Source of the DNA: Cyanidioschyzon merolae
Taxonomy: Eukaryota
Direction: 5' to 3' (one strand)
NCBI GenBank assembly: GCA_000091205.1
Contig: AP006502.2
DNA length: 64,000 nucleotides
The position numbers and the translations under genes are program-made. The notes beneath the pieces are model-generated. The model did not search any database, was not told where the DNA came from, and saw only the letters and a list, made by a program, of their open reading frames with translations. Below are positions 1 through 11,055 of the stretch, in pieces. Position 1 is the stretch's first letter; each line of letters opens with the position of its first letter.

Positions 1-283
1 GATACTTCCAGTATCTCTGGAATCTTGCAGAACAAAGTGTGCAGGATAGGCCTGATCGAGCGCGAAACGCTCATACTCAGCGGGGGTGCTCGACCTCGGC
101 ACTTGTCGTGCCGTGTTTCAGGAACACGCACGGGCGACGACTGCATCCGTTGTCTCGATAGGAGCGCTCTGCTCGGTTACTGTGAGAGAAACGGCGGCCC
201 AGGGCGCGTTGCAACTGCATTCGTTTGAGAGCACGCACTCGCACGCGCATCCCTGGCGTGGGAGCGCGTCACCCTACCCAGCC

Positions 284-820
284 ATGGTTTCGGTGCGACG
301 TGCGACGCCCGCTGACCTCTTGGCCATGCAATACTGTAACTTGCAATGTCTCCCAGAGAACTACCAAATCAAGTACTACATGTACCACCTGCTGTCGTGG
401 CCGCATTTACTCTACGTCGCAGAGGACCTAGACGGGAGCATTGTTGGGTATGTTCTTGCCAAAATGGAGGAAAGCCCCGGATCCACGGACGCGGGCTCCA
501 GTTCAAACACAGCAGCGACCTCTGGGGCTGTTAAACCGGTGCGTCATGGTCACATCACTTCGCTGGCGGTGCAACGGTCTCATCGAAAACTCGGTATCGC
601 GAAACGATTGATGTGTATCGCACATCAGGCAATGCGTGAGGAGTACAATGCTGCCTATGTATCGTTACATGTTCGGTTGAGCAACGTAGCTGCGCAGCAC
701 TTGTACCGAGACTCGTTAGGCTATCAAATCCATACCACTGAGGTTCGTTACTATGCGGATGGTGAGGATGCGTACGATATGCGGTTGTGGTTCTGTTCTG
801 ACTCGATCCCGAAAGCATGA
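284..820 (+). CDS. NAA10: N-alpha-acetyltransferase catalytic subunit (NatA Naa10/ARD1)
   Basis: Near-collinear match to Naa10, including MQ.CNL.CLPENYQ.KYY.YH and [15 protein letters not shown]. The ORF-track start at 86 is GTG; trimmed to the first ATG ([13 protein letters not shown]). Confidence 0.85.
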   Translation: MVSVRRATPADLLAMQYCNLQCLPENYQIKYYMYHLLSWPHLLYVAEDLDGSIVGYVLAKMEESPGSTDAGSSSNTAATSGAVKPVRHGHITSLAVQRSHRKLGIAKRLMCIAHQAMREEYNAAYVSLHVRLSNVAAQHLYRDSLGYQIHTTEVRYYADGEDAYDMRLWFCSDSIPKA

Positions 821-1544
821 GTATTGAGCGCAATCAGTGCATGTTCAGGCAAGATTTGCAGCAAAGCAGCACCACTGGGGAACGAGCCGCTGTCCAACGC
901 TTTGTGAATGCTTGATCAAACGCTTAAATGGCTCAACGAAATGTCGGTGCATGAAGCTGTAGGTGCAGTGTGCAGACCAGCGAGACTCGAAGGGGATTGT
1001 GGTGGCCTCAGTGCAGTTCGCACTCGCATGCGGGGACCCAGCGAGCCTCTATGGCCTTGGAGCAACTGGTACCAACTCTTTACCATCGAGAATCGTGTCG
1101 TTTTTGTTTTGGTGTTGATTTGGGAACCGGGTACCCGACATATTATCCATGTCTTATGCCTGGAGTAAACAAATTCAGAGCCCGCGTCTACGTAACCAGC
1201 CTAGTGCTACCCGAAAATTCTGACAAGCGTCTTTATCGTGTATCAAGAGTTTCCGCACGAGGTTTCCAATGCGCTTTCGGACGGAGAACCGAAGCGATAG
1301 GCGTTCTGGTAGCTGTCGCGGGGGCATCATCGACATATGCTGAAAGAATAGAAACTCTGCTCTGACTAGCAACTCGATAACAGTTTCGTTTGACCTTGAT
1401 TGTAAGCGCAGAAATGGGGAAAAGTTTCAGTATCTCGGAAAGTTTACCTTTTAGGCGGAAGGTCCCGCGAGCCGGACGAGTCTTCGGGGCTAGCTAGTGC
1501 TTCATGCTTCCTCCAGTGGCGGGTTCTTTAAAGAAACCTGAGCT

Positions 1545-1910
1545 ACTCGTCCGTAACGCAATTCAATCTGGGACTAGGAGCGTGTATGCTGCGTCTGGGC
1601 GTCGCCCTGGTCGCAGTGGACGCCCAGTATATCGCACCGTGCCGCCGCAGGCAGTGCGTCTCTCTGCGCAGCTTCCAGGCTCCTAGAATGATTAAGTACT
1701 CCGACTCCGTGTCCGATGAACCACGCCTCGAGCCGACGCCCTCAGTGGTATGCCAAAGCCGTTCTGTCTCCGTGCAGCACCTGCTTCGGCGGTATATAAG
1801 CGCTACGGCGGGTGCTCAAAACAGCTAGTCGGCGCACTATAGAACATACGAAACGACCAGTATATCAGAGAGCATGTATGGGTGATAGAACTTGAAGGTA
1901 GATGCTTCAT
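1545..1910. repeat. ~370-bp dispersed repeat, copy A (paralogue of 13291-13665, ~70% identity, same orientation)
   Basis: Shared blocks include gctactcgtccg, cccagtatatcgc, ccgcaggca, gcaggctcc(c/t)agaat.atgat.tactccgac.ccgt, ctcgagccg, gccgttctgtct.cgtgc, acgaaacgac.a.tatatc and atgcttca. Confidence 0.6.
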
Positions 1911-2362
1911 GATGGACGCTTTCCCGAAAGCCATTATCCTTTCCGAATCCTCGGATCCATGGTCAGTCTAAACATTCTCTCATCTGAAAAGAATTCGACA
2001 TACGCTGTGTAAATGTTCAAAGCGAGCACCATATGAACTGGAACGCTACCAATGGCTAGAACGTGTGTCGAAGGAGACCTATTCATCCCGAGGAAGGTCT
2101 CGTGGGGTCTTCTCGGGCGCTCCGGCGCACGCGCCAAGCAAATTTCGAACCTCCGCTTGTGCTTATACAAGCATGGGAGACAAGCACTTCATGAACACCA
2201 CCATGACGAAGCTTTACCGCTACTAAACGAAAGTAGACTGGTTAAACTTGACGAAAGCGTTCAGGTTCCTTTGTGCAATTCATCAGACTGCTTACTTTTG
2301 GGTCCCGTCCCAGGTTTACGGCTGCGGAGCGAGCACTTACAAACGGGACTCATCCAGCGCGT

Positions 2363-4120
2363 ATGGCCCCCGAAAGTGCACAAGTAACCAGTTTCGACGC
2401 GTTCCTCCATAGTGTGAGTGCTTGGGAGCACCTTCTCGAGTCTGATGCTCAGGAAACAGCGCAGAAGCAACTGAACGTCCTTCGACGCTCAGTGCCGCGC
2501 CAGCGGACCCCGAACGAACCAACACCCAGAGACGCAGCACACGCCCTCGAGACACTCTGGCTGAAGAAACACGCTGCCCTGTGGTATCGCTGGACGCCGA
2601 CCCTATGTCAGGGAGTGCGAAACGGACGCGCTGCTTCCTGCTCGCTGCTGTGCTTCCTTTTCGACGGGGCGCAGCGTTTCCTGTACCCGCTCTGTGGGAT
2701 GGTACTCAAGGCGCCACGACGTGCGACACGCATGGAAGGAGCACCAAACGCAACCAGCACCATGAAGAGCGCTCGACAGCAGACGTTTGTGCCCATGTCG
2801 GAACGGTATCGGTTGCATCTTCAACTGGTCTACGATACACTGGTCGAAACGATGCAGGCGCAGCTGACCCAAGCTGCAACTGCATTGACCGGTATAGTCA
2901 GCAGGGGAGGTGTGGATTCCAGCACCTCGACCTGTCAGCTCATGCGCTGCCTCGGGGTCGTGGTGCAGAATACGCCATCACGCTGTCTCCCGAGCGCACA
3001 GCTCAAGACCGCCGGGAACCTGCTCTGGGACCAGTACGCGCTTTCACTTGGGCCAGAGCTTGAAACGCTTCGAGCAGCGGCCATCTCCTGTCTGAAAAGT
3101 ATTCATGATCGTCTACAAACCATACCGCCGCTGGAGCAGCTTTTAGCGAATCCGCTGCGCTGGAATGATGCGCACGTGGTTTCGTTCGTGGAAGCCATGC
3201 TAACACTACGCATGCGTCATCTGAGCAGGGTCCAAGAATCCGCACCCGACAGCACTGCCGTCGACGAACTGGTACTTGCGATGGTCGAGCATCATTTTCG
3301 AAGTGCATCGACGAGTCCAGCGCTGCGACTACAAAGCGCCCGTCTCTTGCGCTTGCTGTTGCGCTCGCGGCCATCGATCGCAAGTTCGCGTAACGCACTC
3401 CTGTTCCGCATGTTGAAGGATCCCTTCCACGCGGTACGTGTGGTTGCCATCGCCTGTTTGAGTCAGCCTGGAATTGGAGCCGCAGGCACGCCGCTCTTTC
3501 GAGAGCTCGAGGCGTTAACCGCTGACCCCATTGCATCGATGCGCGCCGCTGCGTGTACCGCATTAGGGCGGCTCGCGGCGGATCCAGGCGCGTTCATCCC
3601 TCAAACAGAACCTACGATCATTCTCGATAACGACTGGAATGCATTGAAAGGGCGTGCGATGGATCTTCTACTGAAGCGACTCGAAGAAGATCCAAATGTC
3701 CATGTTCGAGCAGCTGCCGCCTACTCGTTGAGCCAGTTCTGCACGCATGCAGAACGCTTGGCGGCGCGACTCCCCGAGAGGATCATCGAATTGGCGATTG
3801 ATGAACTTCGACGTGCACCATATTCGAGTCAAGCAAGCGCGTACTGTCGCCTTCTGGGTGCGTCCGTCCCGTCCGAAGCACAGCGAACACAGATCGTTGT
3901 GGTGATCGGGGATATTGTGCAGGGTGCACGTCGAAAGGCGCTGCGCCAACAGGCGATCCTGGCGCTGGCGAAGCATGTACGACCTGCCGACGGGGCGGCA
4001 CGCTGGTCGCTTGCACAGAAGCCGGACAACGAACTGGACCTGGATCAGTGTGGACGAAACGCTGCGCCAGCGGAAACGCCACATCAGGATGCGGTTGCTT
4101 CGAATCGGACGGGAGCGTAG
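2363..4120 (+). CDS. HEAT/ARM-repeat protein, function unassigned
   Basis: 585-aa ORF from the first ATG (the track start at 2273 is GTG). Repeated DP..VR.AA..AL helical repeats such as DPNVHVRAAAAYSL, DPIASMRAAACTAL and DPFHAVRVVAIACL. No specific family recognised. Confidence 0.45.
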   Translation: MAPESAQVTSFDAFLHSVSAWEHLLESDAQETAQKQLNVLRRSVPRQRTPNEPTPRDAAHALETLWLKKHAALWYRWTPTLCQGVRNGRAASCSLLCFLFDGAQRFLYPLCGMVLKAPRRATRMEGAPNATSTMKSARQQTFVPMSERYRLHLQLVYDTLVETMQAQLTQAATALTGIVSRGGVDSSTSTCQLMRCLGVVVQNTPSRCLPSAQLKTAGNLLWDQYALSLGPELETLRAAAISCLKSIHDRLQTIPPLEQLLANPLRWNDAHVVSFVEAMLTLRMRHLSRVQESAPDSTAVDELVLAMVEHHFRSASTSPALRLQSARLLRLLLRSRPSIASSRNALLFRMLKDPFHAVRVVAIACLSQPGIGAAGTPLFRELEALTADPIASMRAAACTALGRLAADPGAFIPQTEPTIILDNDWNALKGRAMDLLLKRLEEDPNVHVRAAAAYSLSQFCTHAERLAARLPERIIELAIDELRRAPYSSQASAYCRLLGASVPSEAQRTQIVVVIGDIVQGARRKALRQQAILALAKHVRPADGAARWSLAQKPDNELDLDQCGRNAAPAETPHQDAVASNRTGA

Positions 4121-5187
4121 CCGCTAAGCACCGCCCGCTCGTTGGGATGCCACGTTCGGAGTGCGTGTATGGCGTTGCTGCTTGCTTTGCTTCGTCGTGG
4201 ACGGCAAGCGCTCAGAGGCACGTCATCAAGGATGCGGAGCGAGCTGTTCCGACATGTGCATGTCGCTGGTACGACTCGGCGGGTCGCGTCGACGTGTCGT
4301 TGGTTGCATCGAGCGGGGGTAGGTTCGGCATGCGCATGCGTCTCGCATACGAGTCGGCGTAGGGGATCCATGTGCAGCTGCTCAGCCTCGAACAACTCTA
4401 TGGAGCATCGGGATTGAGCGCCGAACACCGTTAGCGGCATGCAAAACGCGCATTCAGTCCAGCGGCGTTGGGCGGGCATATCTGGGAGGGAACGTACGCT
4501 CGTTAACTCGCTGGCGGACGCGACCCTACTGTGGCTATGGCGGCTCTTCGTGCGCGCCAACACGGACCCAGTACAGCACGCATCGCGTCGGTCGCCAGAA
4601 AGACGATATCAGCGGTTACTGCCCTACCAGAAACGCTTCGAGCTGCAAGGTTAGCGCACCCAGTCGCCGTCTCCGTGCCCTGCCTGCCTCGCAGAGGCAC
4701 TGACGTCGTTCACGCAGAGACGCGCACGAGGGTACCGCAAAGCGCCTCCGAGCCCGTTCAGCGAACTTTTTAGAATGGACATACCAAACCTGGTGAATAG
4801 ACGTAGATCAACCACACCTGTGTCCCCTGCAGGAATACAGAACTGGAGCTCTCCTCGGAGCGTTCATGATGCGCACGACTCGACGAGTGCGATTCCGTAT
4901 TGGACGGCGGGACGGCTGGCGAGGTGTGCACCAGCAGCGCTCATGTCTGTTATATTCGTAATTGTCCTTATTGTACAAAGAGCTCCCTATTCACCATCAG
5001 CTGATGCGCGCGCATCTACAGGAGACGCCGCCGCCGCCGGCCGCGCCGTCCCGACGCGATCGTGGCGTGCGAGCCGTCCGAGTGCGCGATGCCGCCCAGC
5101 ATCGTGCGTGGGTGCATCCCGCTCCAAACGTTGGGCGCTCAACGGTAAGGGACGACCCTGGTCAGTTTAAACCGCGTTGCAGACGAT

Positions 5188-6342
5188 ATGCTGGTTCGAT
5201 TCTCGCAACTGGTGACGTGGTCTCAAACCCCTATGGTCACAGCATTGCAGCAGCGAAAGGATAACGGGGGCTCCAACTGCGGCGTGGACCAAGTTCTGCG
5301 AGCAGCACCGTCGACGCTGCCGACGGTGTGGGGTGCGCTCGGGGGTCGACCTGCGACACTCGTGGCGTGCTCGGCCGACGAAAACCCCACTTTCGGAACG
5401 TACCTGAAGTTTGCTCTGGCAGGTGCAATATGCTGCAGTGTTACCCATTCGGCTGTGGTTCCGGTCGACGTGGTCAAGACGCGGCTGCAGCTGTCGGACA
5501 AGTACCACGGTATGACACACGCCGCACGCACGATCGTCAAGGAGGAGGGCGCACTGGCACTGCTAACCGGACTGAGCCCGACTGCCGTTGGCTACTTCTT
5601 GCAAGGATGGTTCAAGTTTGGGCTTTACGAGTACTTCAAGCGGCTATATTCGAGTCTGGCTGGTCCCGAGGCAGCGGAGAAAGGCCGCTTCGGTATCTGG
5701 CTAGCAGCGGGCGGTACGGCGGAGTTTTTCGCAGACCTGGCGCTTTGCCCGCTGGAGGCCACGCGTATCCGTCTGGTGAGCCAACCGACTTTTGCGAGCT
5801 CTTTACCGGAGGCGTTCGGAAAGCTCATCTCCAATGAAGGGCTGCGTGGTCTCTACGCCGGACTCTTCCCGATCCTCCTGAAACAGATTCCCTACACAAT
5901 GGCCAAATTTGCTGTTTTTGAAGCAGCATCCGAGTTCATCTACCGCACGCTAGAGCGCATGGGGAAACCAAAAGCCGACATGCGGGATAGCACCAAGCTC
6001 TTGATTTCACTCAATTCCGGTATCTTTGCAGGTATCTGTGCAGCTGTGGTCTCGCAACCCGCGGACACGGTGTTGTCGGTCATCAACAAGTCCCGCGTAA
6101 CGGGTAGCATCGCTGAAGCAACGTTCCGGATTATTCGTGAGCTAGGTCCGCGTGGACTTTTCCGTGGACTGGGTGCTCGCGCAATCATGGTTGGTAGTCT
6201 GACTGCCGGGCAATTCTTTATTTACGACGGGTTGAAACAGCTGCTCGGCGTGGCGCCTGTTCACAAGAAAGAAGTTGCTCCACTGGTGGGCTCGGCAGCG
6301 CAACCCGCATCGGTGGCAGCACGTGCTCAACAGTCGCAGTGA
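5188..6342 (+). CDS. mitochondrial phosphate carrier (SLC25A3/Mir1-like)
   Basis: Threefold mitochondrial-carrier repeats. PiC signatures are CS.THSAVVPVDVVKTRLQ and GYFLQGWFKFGLYEYFK. ATG at 5188. Confidence 0.8.
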   Translation: MLVRFSQLVTWSQTPMVTALQQRKDNGGSNCGVDQVLRAAPSTLPTVWGALGGRPATLVACSADENPTFGTYLKFALAGAICCSVTHSAVVPVDVVKTRLQLSDKYHGMTHAARTIVKEEGALALLTGLSPTAVGYFLQGWFKFGLYEYFKRLYSSLAGPEAAEKGRFGIWLAAGGTAEFFADLALCPLEATRIRLVSQPTFASSLPEAFGKLISNEGLRGLYAGLFPILLKQIPYTMAKFAVFEAASEFIYRTLERMGKPKADMRDSTKLLISLNSGIFAGICAAVVSQPADTVLSVINKSRVTGSIAEATFRIIRELGPRGLFRGLGARAIMVGSLTAGQFFIYDGLKQLLGVAPVHKKEVAPLVGSAAQPASVAARAQQSQ

Positions 6343-6698
6343 ACGCGAATGAAGCTGGATGAGCTCGCGTGACTCGACGACGACCTGACGCAGGTCGTCA
6401 TGGATCCCGAAACCCATATGGTACACTGGAAATCTAGCTGGTCACAGGGGACACGCCAGGCCACTGGGATGCCACTCCACGAGACGGGAGACTCGTTGCG
6501 CAGCGCCTATGTACCGTAGTCTTTTCTGTAAACGCTGCGGCGTCCAGGGACAACAGACTTGTCATACGTATCGCAGCAAGGTGCGCAGGAGCACGCGGCC
6601 CGAACCGGAGCAGCGCGCACCGCAGCAGCACCGGAGGGACTGGGGTCGCACCCAGAGCTATCGCTATCGCTTGTGGAGACGAGTTGCCCAGCGTTTGG

Positions 6699-7676
6699 AT
6701 GGATCTGGAAAACTTCCTCGAACAAGTAAAAGACCCAGACTTGCGACAGATAGTGCACGCTATCGCTGAAGCTTCGGTTTCGATTGATCAGGTTCTGCGG
6801 AACGGAGTACAAGACGTCTCATCGTCCGCAGTAGCGGCTGCTCCTGGACAGCAGCACAACGCTTTCGGCGACGCGCAGCTCTCCGAAGACCTCACAGCTG
6901 ATCATCTTGCGCGAAGTCGTCTTCTGCAGGTTCCGTGCGTATCGTACGTGAGCTCGGAAGAGAACCCCACTGAGCAGCGCGGGCCGGGGCACAAGTACGC
7001 CGTAGCGTTTGATCCCCTGGATGGCTCGTCGGTACTGGAGAGCAACTTCAGCGTCGGGTCAATTTTCGGTGTCTGGCGGACAGCAGAACGATTGGTTGGG
7101 TGCCAGGGACGCGATATGGTTGCCGCTGCGGTGACCCTGTACGGCCCACGTCTGGTGCTGGTGGTGGCAGTCGACCCCGGCCTCATGTCGAGTGACTGGC
7201 CAGGCGGTGTTGCATCCTTTCGCTGGACAACTTCGAACGACGCTCGCTGGCGACTGCTCAAGCAGTGGAGCCCCGACCTGTTGCGACACTCGAGCGCGTC
7301 GCTCTTCGCGCCGGGCAACTTGCGAGCAACGCAGGAACTGCCACCCTATGATCGTATGGTGCGCTCCTGGATCGAGTCACGCTATACGCTGCGGTACTCG
7401 GGAGCCATGGCACCGGATGTCTTCCAAATCATCGCAAAGGGACAGGGCATCTTCTGTAATCCGAGTGTTCCGGGCAAGGCGAAGTTACGGCTCGTATACG
7501 AGGCATTGCCGTTGGCGTTTCTTGTCGAAGCCGTGGGAGGTCGCAGCTCGGACGGTAGTCGCACCTCGACGAGTCTGCTGGATAAGCGTATCACTTTGCT
7601 TATAGAGCGGACGCCCGTCGTCCTGGGTTCACCGTCTGAAGTTCAACGCTATATCGAAGCGATGAACGAGACCTGA
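6699..7676 (+). CDS. SBPASE: sedoheptulose-1,7-bisphosphatase
   Basis: Matches AFDPLDGSS, GSIFGVW, PGNLRAT, YTLRYSGAMAPDVFQII and KAKLRLVYE. The track start at 6684 is TTG; first ATG is 6699, giving MDLENFLEQ, which begins directly at the mature-protein region. Confidence 0.85.
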   Translation: MDLENFLEQVKDPDLRQIVHAIAEASVSIDQVLRNGVQDVSSSAVAAAPGQQHNAFGDAQLSEDLTADHLARSRLLQVPCVSYVSSEENPTEQRGPGHKYAVAFDPLDGSSVLESNFSVGSIFGVWRTAERLVGCQGRDMVAAAVTLYGPRLVLVVAVDPGLMSSDWPGGVASFRWTTSNDARWRLLKQWSPDLLRHSSASLFAPGNLRATQELPPYDRMVRSWIESRYTLRYSGAMAPDVFQIIAKGQGIFCNPSVPGKAKLRLVYEALPLAFLVEAVGGRSSDGSRTSTSLLDKRITLLIERTPVVLGSPSEVQRYIEAMNET

Positions 7677-9006
7677 TGCGCTCGATGCTCTAGGATCGTT
7701 TCCGTGAACCGGGCATCCCCAACATCCGCAATATCGATCGGTACAGAAGCGAACGTCGAATCCTGATGCGTTTCCGGGTGTGCGTCTGTCGCCGTTATTC
7801 ACATGGCGTACACGTGCGACACTACCAGCTGTGCATCATCGGCGTAGATGGTGCTCTCCTGACTGCATGGGATTGCTGCATCCAACCAGGGATCGCTCGA
7901 GTACGCAGGTGCAGTGGATATCCCGGGAAGCGATGAACAAGAGATGACTCGTGACCGAGAGCCAGTGAGGCCTACCTCGTACGCACCGCGAAAGCGCACC
8001 TGCTGATGACAAATAGCGATCATTTAGAAATGATGGGGTCGCGCTCATAAACAGCTGTGTCTAATGCTCGCGGTAAAAAAATGTCAGTACAGGAGCTGGA
8101 ACTCGTGCGAGACTTGATGTCGACGATGTGCCAGGATGCACCTGGGCGTGCGATTTCGTGAAATTGGCGTGCACTGCACCTCTGGAGCGTTCATGCGCTT
8201 CATTTGAAATCAGGCTGGATTGCAACGCCCATGTGAATGTCAGGGATCGACGCGGTGAACACGGTATCGCAAGCTACGCATGCCGTTGCTGGTTCCACGA
8301 TGTGGCGGTGTGTCAGGCGAACGACCACAAGCGCACTCGACGGGCAAAGTTCGCGTCTATCGGTGATACGGCGTACTTGGATCGACTGAGGTTCAGAGCG
8401 AAAGTGCTGACGGTCGTCGACGGAACACAAGCAGCAGCGTGGATGCGACGTATCAACTGCTCAGGCAGCACAGCGCATATCACCACAGGACGTTACGCGC
8501 AAGCAGCGTACACCTAGGGCAGCTTTGCAGCAAGTCGACGTGCCGAACCGCGTTCTATGTGCATGCAGGCGCGTCAAGGCATGGAACGCGCACTCGCTGC
8601 GGAAACGCCCTCTGAATGAGATGAGGCAGCCCGCATACTTGGGCATGTCAAGGGAGGCCATCGGTGGCCTCATTCGTGGCCTCGCCTACGCTATATTCTG
8701 CAAAACGTACTGTGGATGTGGATGTCGATCCGCTTCCGCAAGTCCCGCTGGACGCCCGACATTCCCAGATGGCGGAATGTCCTGCTCGGTTGTCGGGCTC
8801 GTGCACTTCAGATGATCACCGGTCGGAAAGTTGTGCATTGTGGTTCTTGATGCACTGTACATCGGACGCTACACGCTCGTTGGCACCGAGAACCTGGCCC
8901 CATCGCGTGCCGTCGGCGCCTCTCGCTGACCAGTATACGTATCTATTCCGCGAGGCGCTTGCCGCACCGACACCGTCTAGCCGGCTTCGAGAAGCGCTTC
9001 GGGAAT

Positions 9007-10896
9007 TCAAATGGCTGAACGCGAACGGTCCACAGACTCTTGATCCGGAGCTTGTCGCTGCTCCATCCACTGAATATACGCTGTCTGTTGCTTGCTGTGC
9101 TCCACAATGTCCGGGAAGCGGAGCCCAACCTGCAGCTCATCTTGAGGGCACCGAGCCCGCTCAACAAGAACAACAACTGTATCAGGCACGTCCAGCATCG
9201 CTTGCCAGCCATCCGTTGCGTTCACGGAGAAGAGGCCGCCCCAGACACTTCGTTGCTGATGCATGACCACGAATTCCAGCTGCAAACGAATATCCTCCGG
9301 CTCGCGTTCCAGCCCTGGTCGATGCTCGAGTTTCACAAGCAGACCTCGAGACTCGGATCGCGCCAGTGGCCCCGCATGCGCAGCGACTCCATCGCTGGGG
9401 GTCGGGCGTTGCGCCCGAGGCGGCGTCTTCCTGTCAGGTATCCGCGGCGAACGCGTTGCGTCCCAGGAGCAGGCATCCATCCATTGAACTTGCCACCGCA
9501 AACCGCATACCTTCAACGTGCCGGGAACACGGGCCCATGCAAATGGTGGTAGCACCGCACATTTCAGCGGTATAGGTGCTTGGTCCTCGGGAAGCGCCAC
9601 CAACATCGTAGTACCAGCGGATTCGCTCCACGCACTGCATACCGCGTCGGATGCATCTATGACGGAGAGCGCGCTCAGCGCTTCCCAGCGCTCTTTCCAT
9701 TCCTGGTGTGCACGTAAGAGCGACTCAGCGCTGCTGGGGAGGGCGTGTGCGCGCTCCGCATAATGCCCTGCAATGTCCTGACGATACGCCAGCAGGCGAC
9801 GTTCCATGTCGCGGAGTAACCGCCGCAGATGCATACGCATGTCCACGAGACGCGTACGTGCTGCCTGCTGGGACTGGATCCGCTGCTGGACCTGGGTATC
9901 GATCTGCTCGAGCACGGAATCCATGAAACGTTGAATACGCTGGGAAAGCGCTTCACGCTGCCGCAGAAAGAATCGAGATGTCTGCTCGTACTCGAGCAGT
10001 TGGCATTCGAAACGCTGAAGGCGCTCGCGAAGCGGTTGCAAACCCTGCTCTAGCTCAGATGCCAAACTTTGGAGTCGCTCGTGGGCGCGTTCCAGCGGAT
10101 GGTAGCGATGCTCGCACTCGGGCAGCGGAGCACAGCACTCCGCACATATGAAGCGATTGCAGCGTTGGCAGTAATACCGCACAGCTTCATGAGCGTGGAC
10201 CGAGCAGCACCATAATGTTGCCTTCAGCGCTGACAGGGATCGCGGTGCACCTGGATTCTTTTCCGCTGGCTGCTCTGGCAGCGCCAGTTTCGGGCCTCGG
10301 CGGATGTTCTGCAGCAGCTCGCGGAGACAACGCACCAGCACCAGTTCGTGACGAGCAACGGGCTGTCGACAGTGTGGACACGGTTGTGTGCTCGCGATAC
10401 GACGGTGTCCCTGCGACGACGCCGTGCTGGGCTCTCGCCACCACTTCGTCGCACACCGTTCGCAAAACAAGACCCCGCACGAAGGACAGAGAAGCGGCTC
10501 GCGAGGGAGCTCAGCGCAAATAAGGCAGTTCAAATGGTGTTCAAGTTGTGTCGTCCAGGGGTTTGCGTTCGTCGAGGTCACAGGCGGCTGCCCCGTCGCG
10601 TTCAGGTCGGTGGGGTGTACCTCCTCGAGGGCCAGGCACTGCTCGCTCGGCTGTGAAAGAACGGTACCAGACGACCTGTCCCCTCTTTCTTCCACTCTAC
10701 ATAAACGTGCTAGCTGTGCAACAAGTTGCATCCAATCAAGCGACTCGGGTGTGCGGTCTGGGGCGAGCTCCTCGCTGTCGGCGCTCAGCGGTGGGCTGCC
10801 CGCTCTCGGCGACACCAGCCCACTCAGTGCTGTGTCGCTGAGCCGGTCGTCACCGACAGAGCATTCCAACGACGACAGGTCCGTATCACTGTCCAT
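9007..10896 (-). CDS. RING / B-box / coiled-coil E3-ligase-like protein with a possible C-terminal MATH(TRAF)-like domain
   Basis: C3HC4 RING (CLICAELPREPLLCPSCGVLFCERCATKWW...CPHCRQP). B-box-like zinc finger (CCSVHAHEAVRYYCQRCNRFICAECC...CEHRYH). Long heptad coiled coil. ATG at 10896. Confidence 0.6.
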   Translation of the reverse strand: MDSDTDLSSLECSVGDDRLSDTALSGLVSPRAGSPPLSADSEELAPDRTPESLDWMQLVAQLARLCRVEERGDRSSGTVLSQPSEQCLALEEVHPTDLNATGQPPVTSTNANPWTTQLEHHLNCLICAELPREPLLCPSCGVLFCERCATKWWREPSTASSQGHRRIASTQPCPHCRQPVARHELVLVRCLRELLQNIRRGPKLALPEQPAEKNPGAPRSLSALKATLWCCSVHAHEAVRYYCQRCNRFICAECCAPLPECEHRYHPLERAHERLQSLASELEQGLQPLRERLQRFECQLLEYEQTSRFFLRQREALSQRIQRFMDSVLEQIDTQVQQRIQSQQAARTRLVDMRMHLRRLLRDMERRLLAYRQDIAGHYAERAHALPSSAESLLRAHQEWKERWEALSALSVIDASDAVCSAWSESAGTTMLVALPEDQAPIPLKCAVLPPFAWARVPGTLKVCGLRWQVQWMDACSWDATRSPRIPDRKTPPRAQRPTPSDGVAAHAGPLARSESRGLLVKLEHRPGLEREPEDIRLQLEFVVMHQQRSVWGGLFSVNATDGWQAMLDVPDTVVVLVERARCPQDELQVGLRFPDIVEHSKQQTAYIQWMEQRQAPDQESVDRSRSAI

Positions 10897-11055
10897 CAGG
10901 TAGAGTGGGAGCCTGACGGGCTGTTTGCCGCACCAAGCGACGTTCTAAACTCGAACGACGTCGGGCGTGTACAGTAGTGGCGAACCGTACGCCCTGGACA
11001 AGAAGTCTTCAACCGAGGTGCAGACGCCTCCCCGTCTTTTTGGACCGGCTACCTA

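Noticed and set aside
86-283. N-terminal extension of the Naa10 ORF (track start at 86)
   Set aside because: The track start is GTG, which is not a eukaryotic initiator. The conserved Naa10 N-terminus begins at the ATG at 284.
1545-1910. The repeats as known snRNA, 7SL, RNase P/MRP or U3 genes
   Set aside because: A superficial CAGCTACTCG resemblance to 7SL/Alu is not supported elsewhere. No conserved U1, U2, U4, U5 or U6 signatures, no perfect C/D boxes and no P RNA CR-I/CR-V were found by eye. Left as an unknown structured repeat.
3003-3563. 186-aa minus-strand ORF
   Set aside because: It is antisense within the HEAT-repeat gene, a typical GC-rich shadow ORF.
10925-10965. tRNA fragment suggested by a ctcgaacgacg (TCGAAC) motif
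   Set aside because: It folds only as a simple hairpin with no acceptor or D arms. Reported instead as a possible 3'-flank structure of the Fanzor-like gene.
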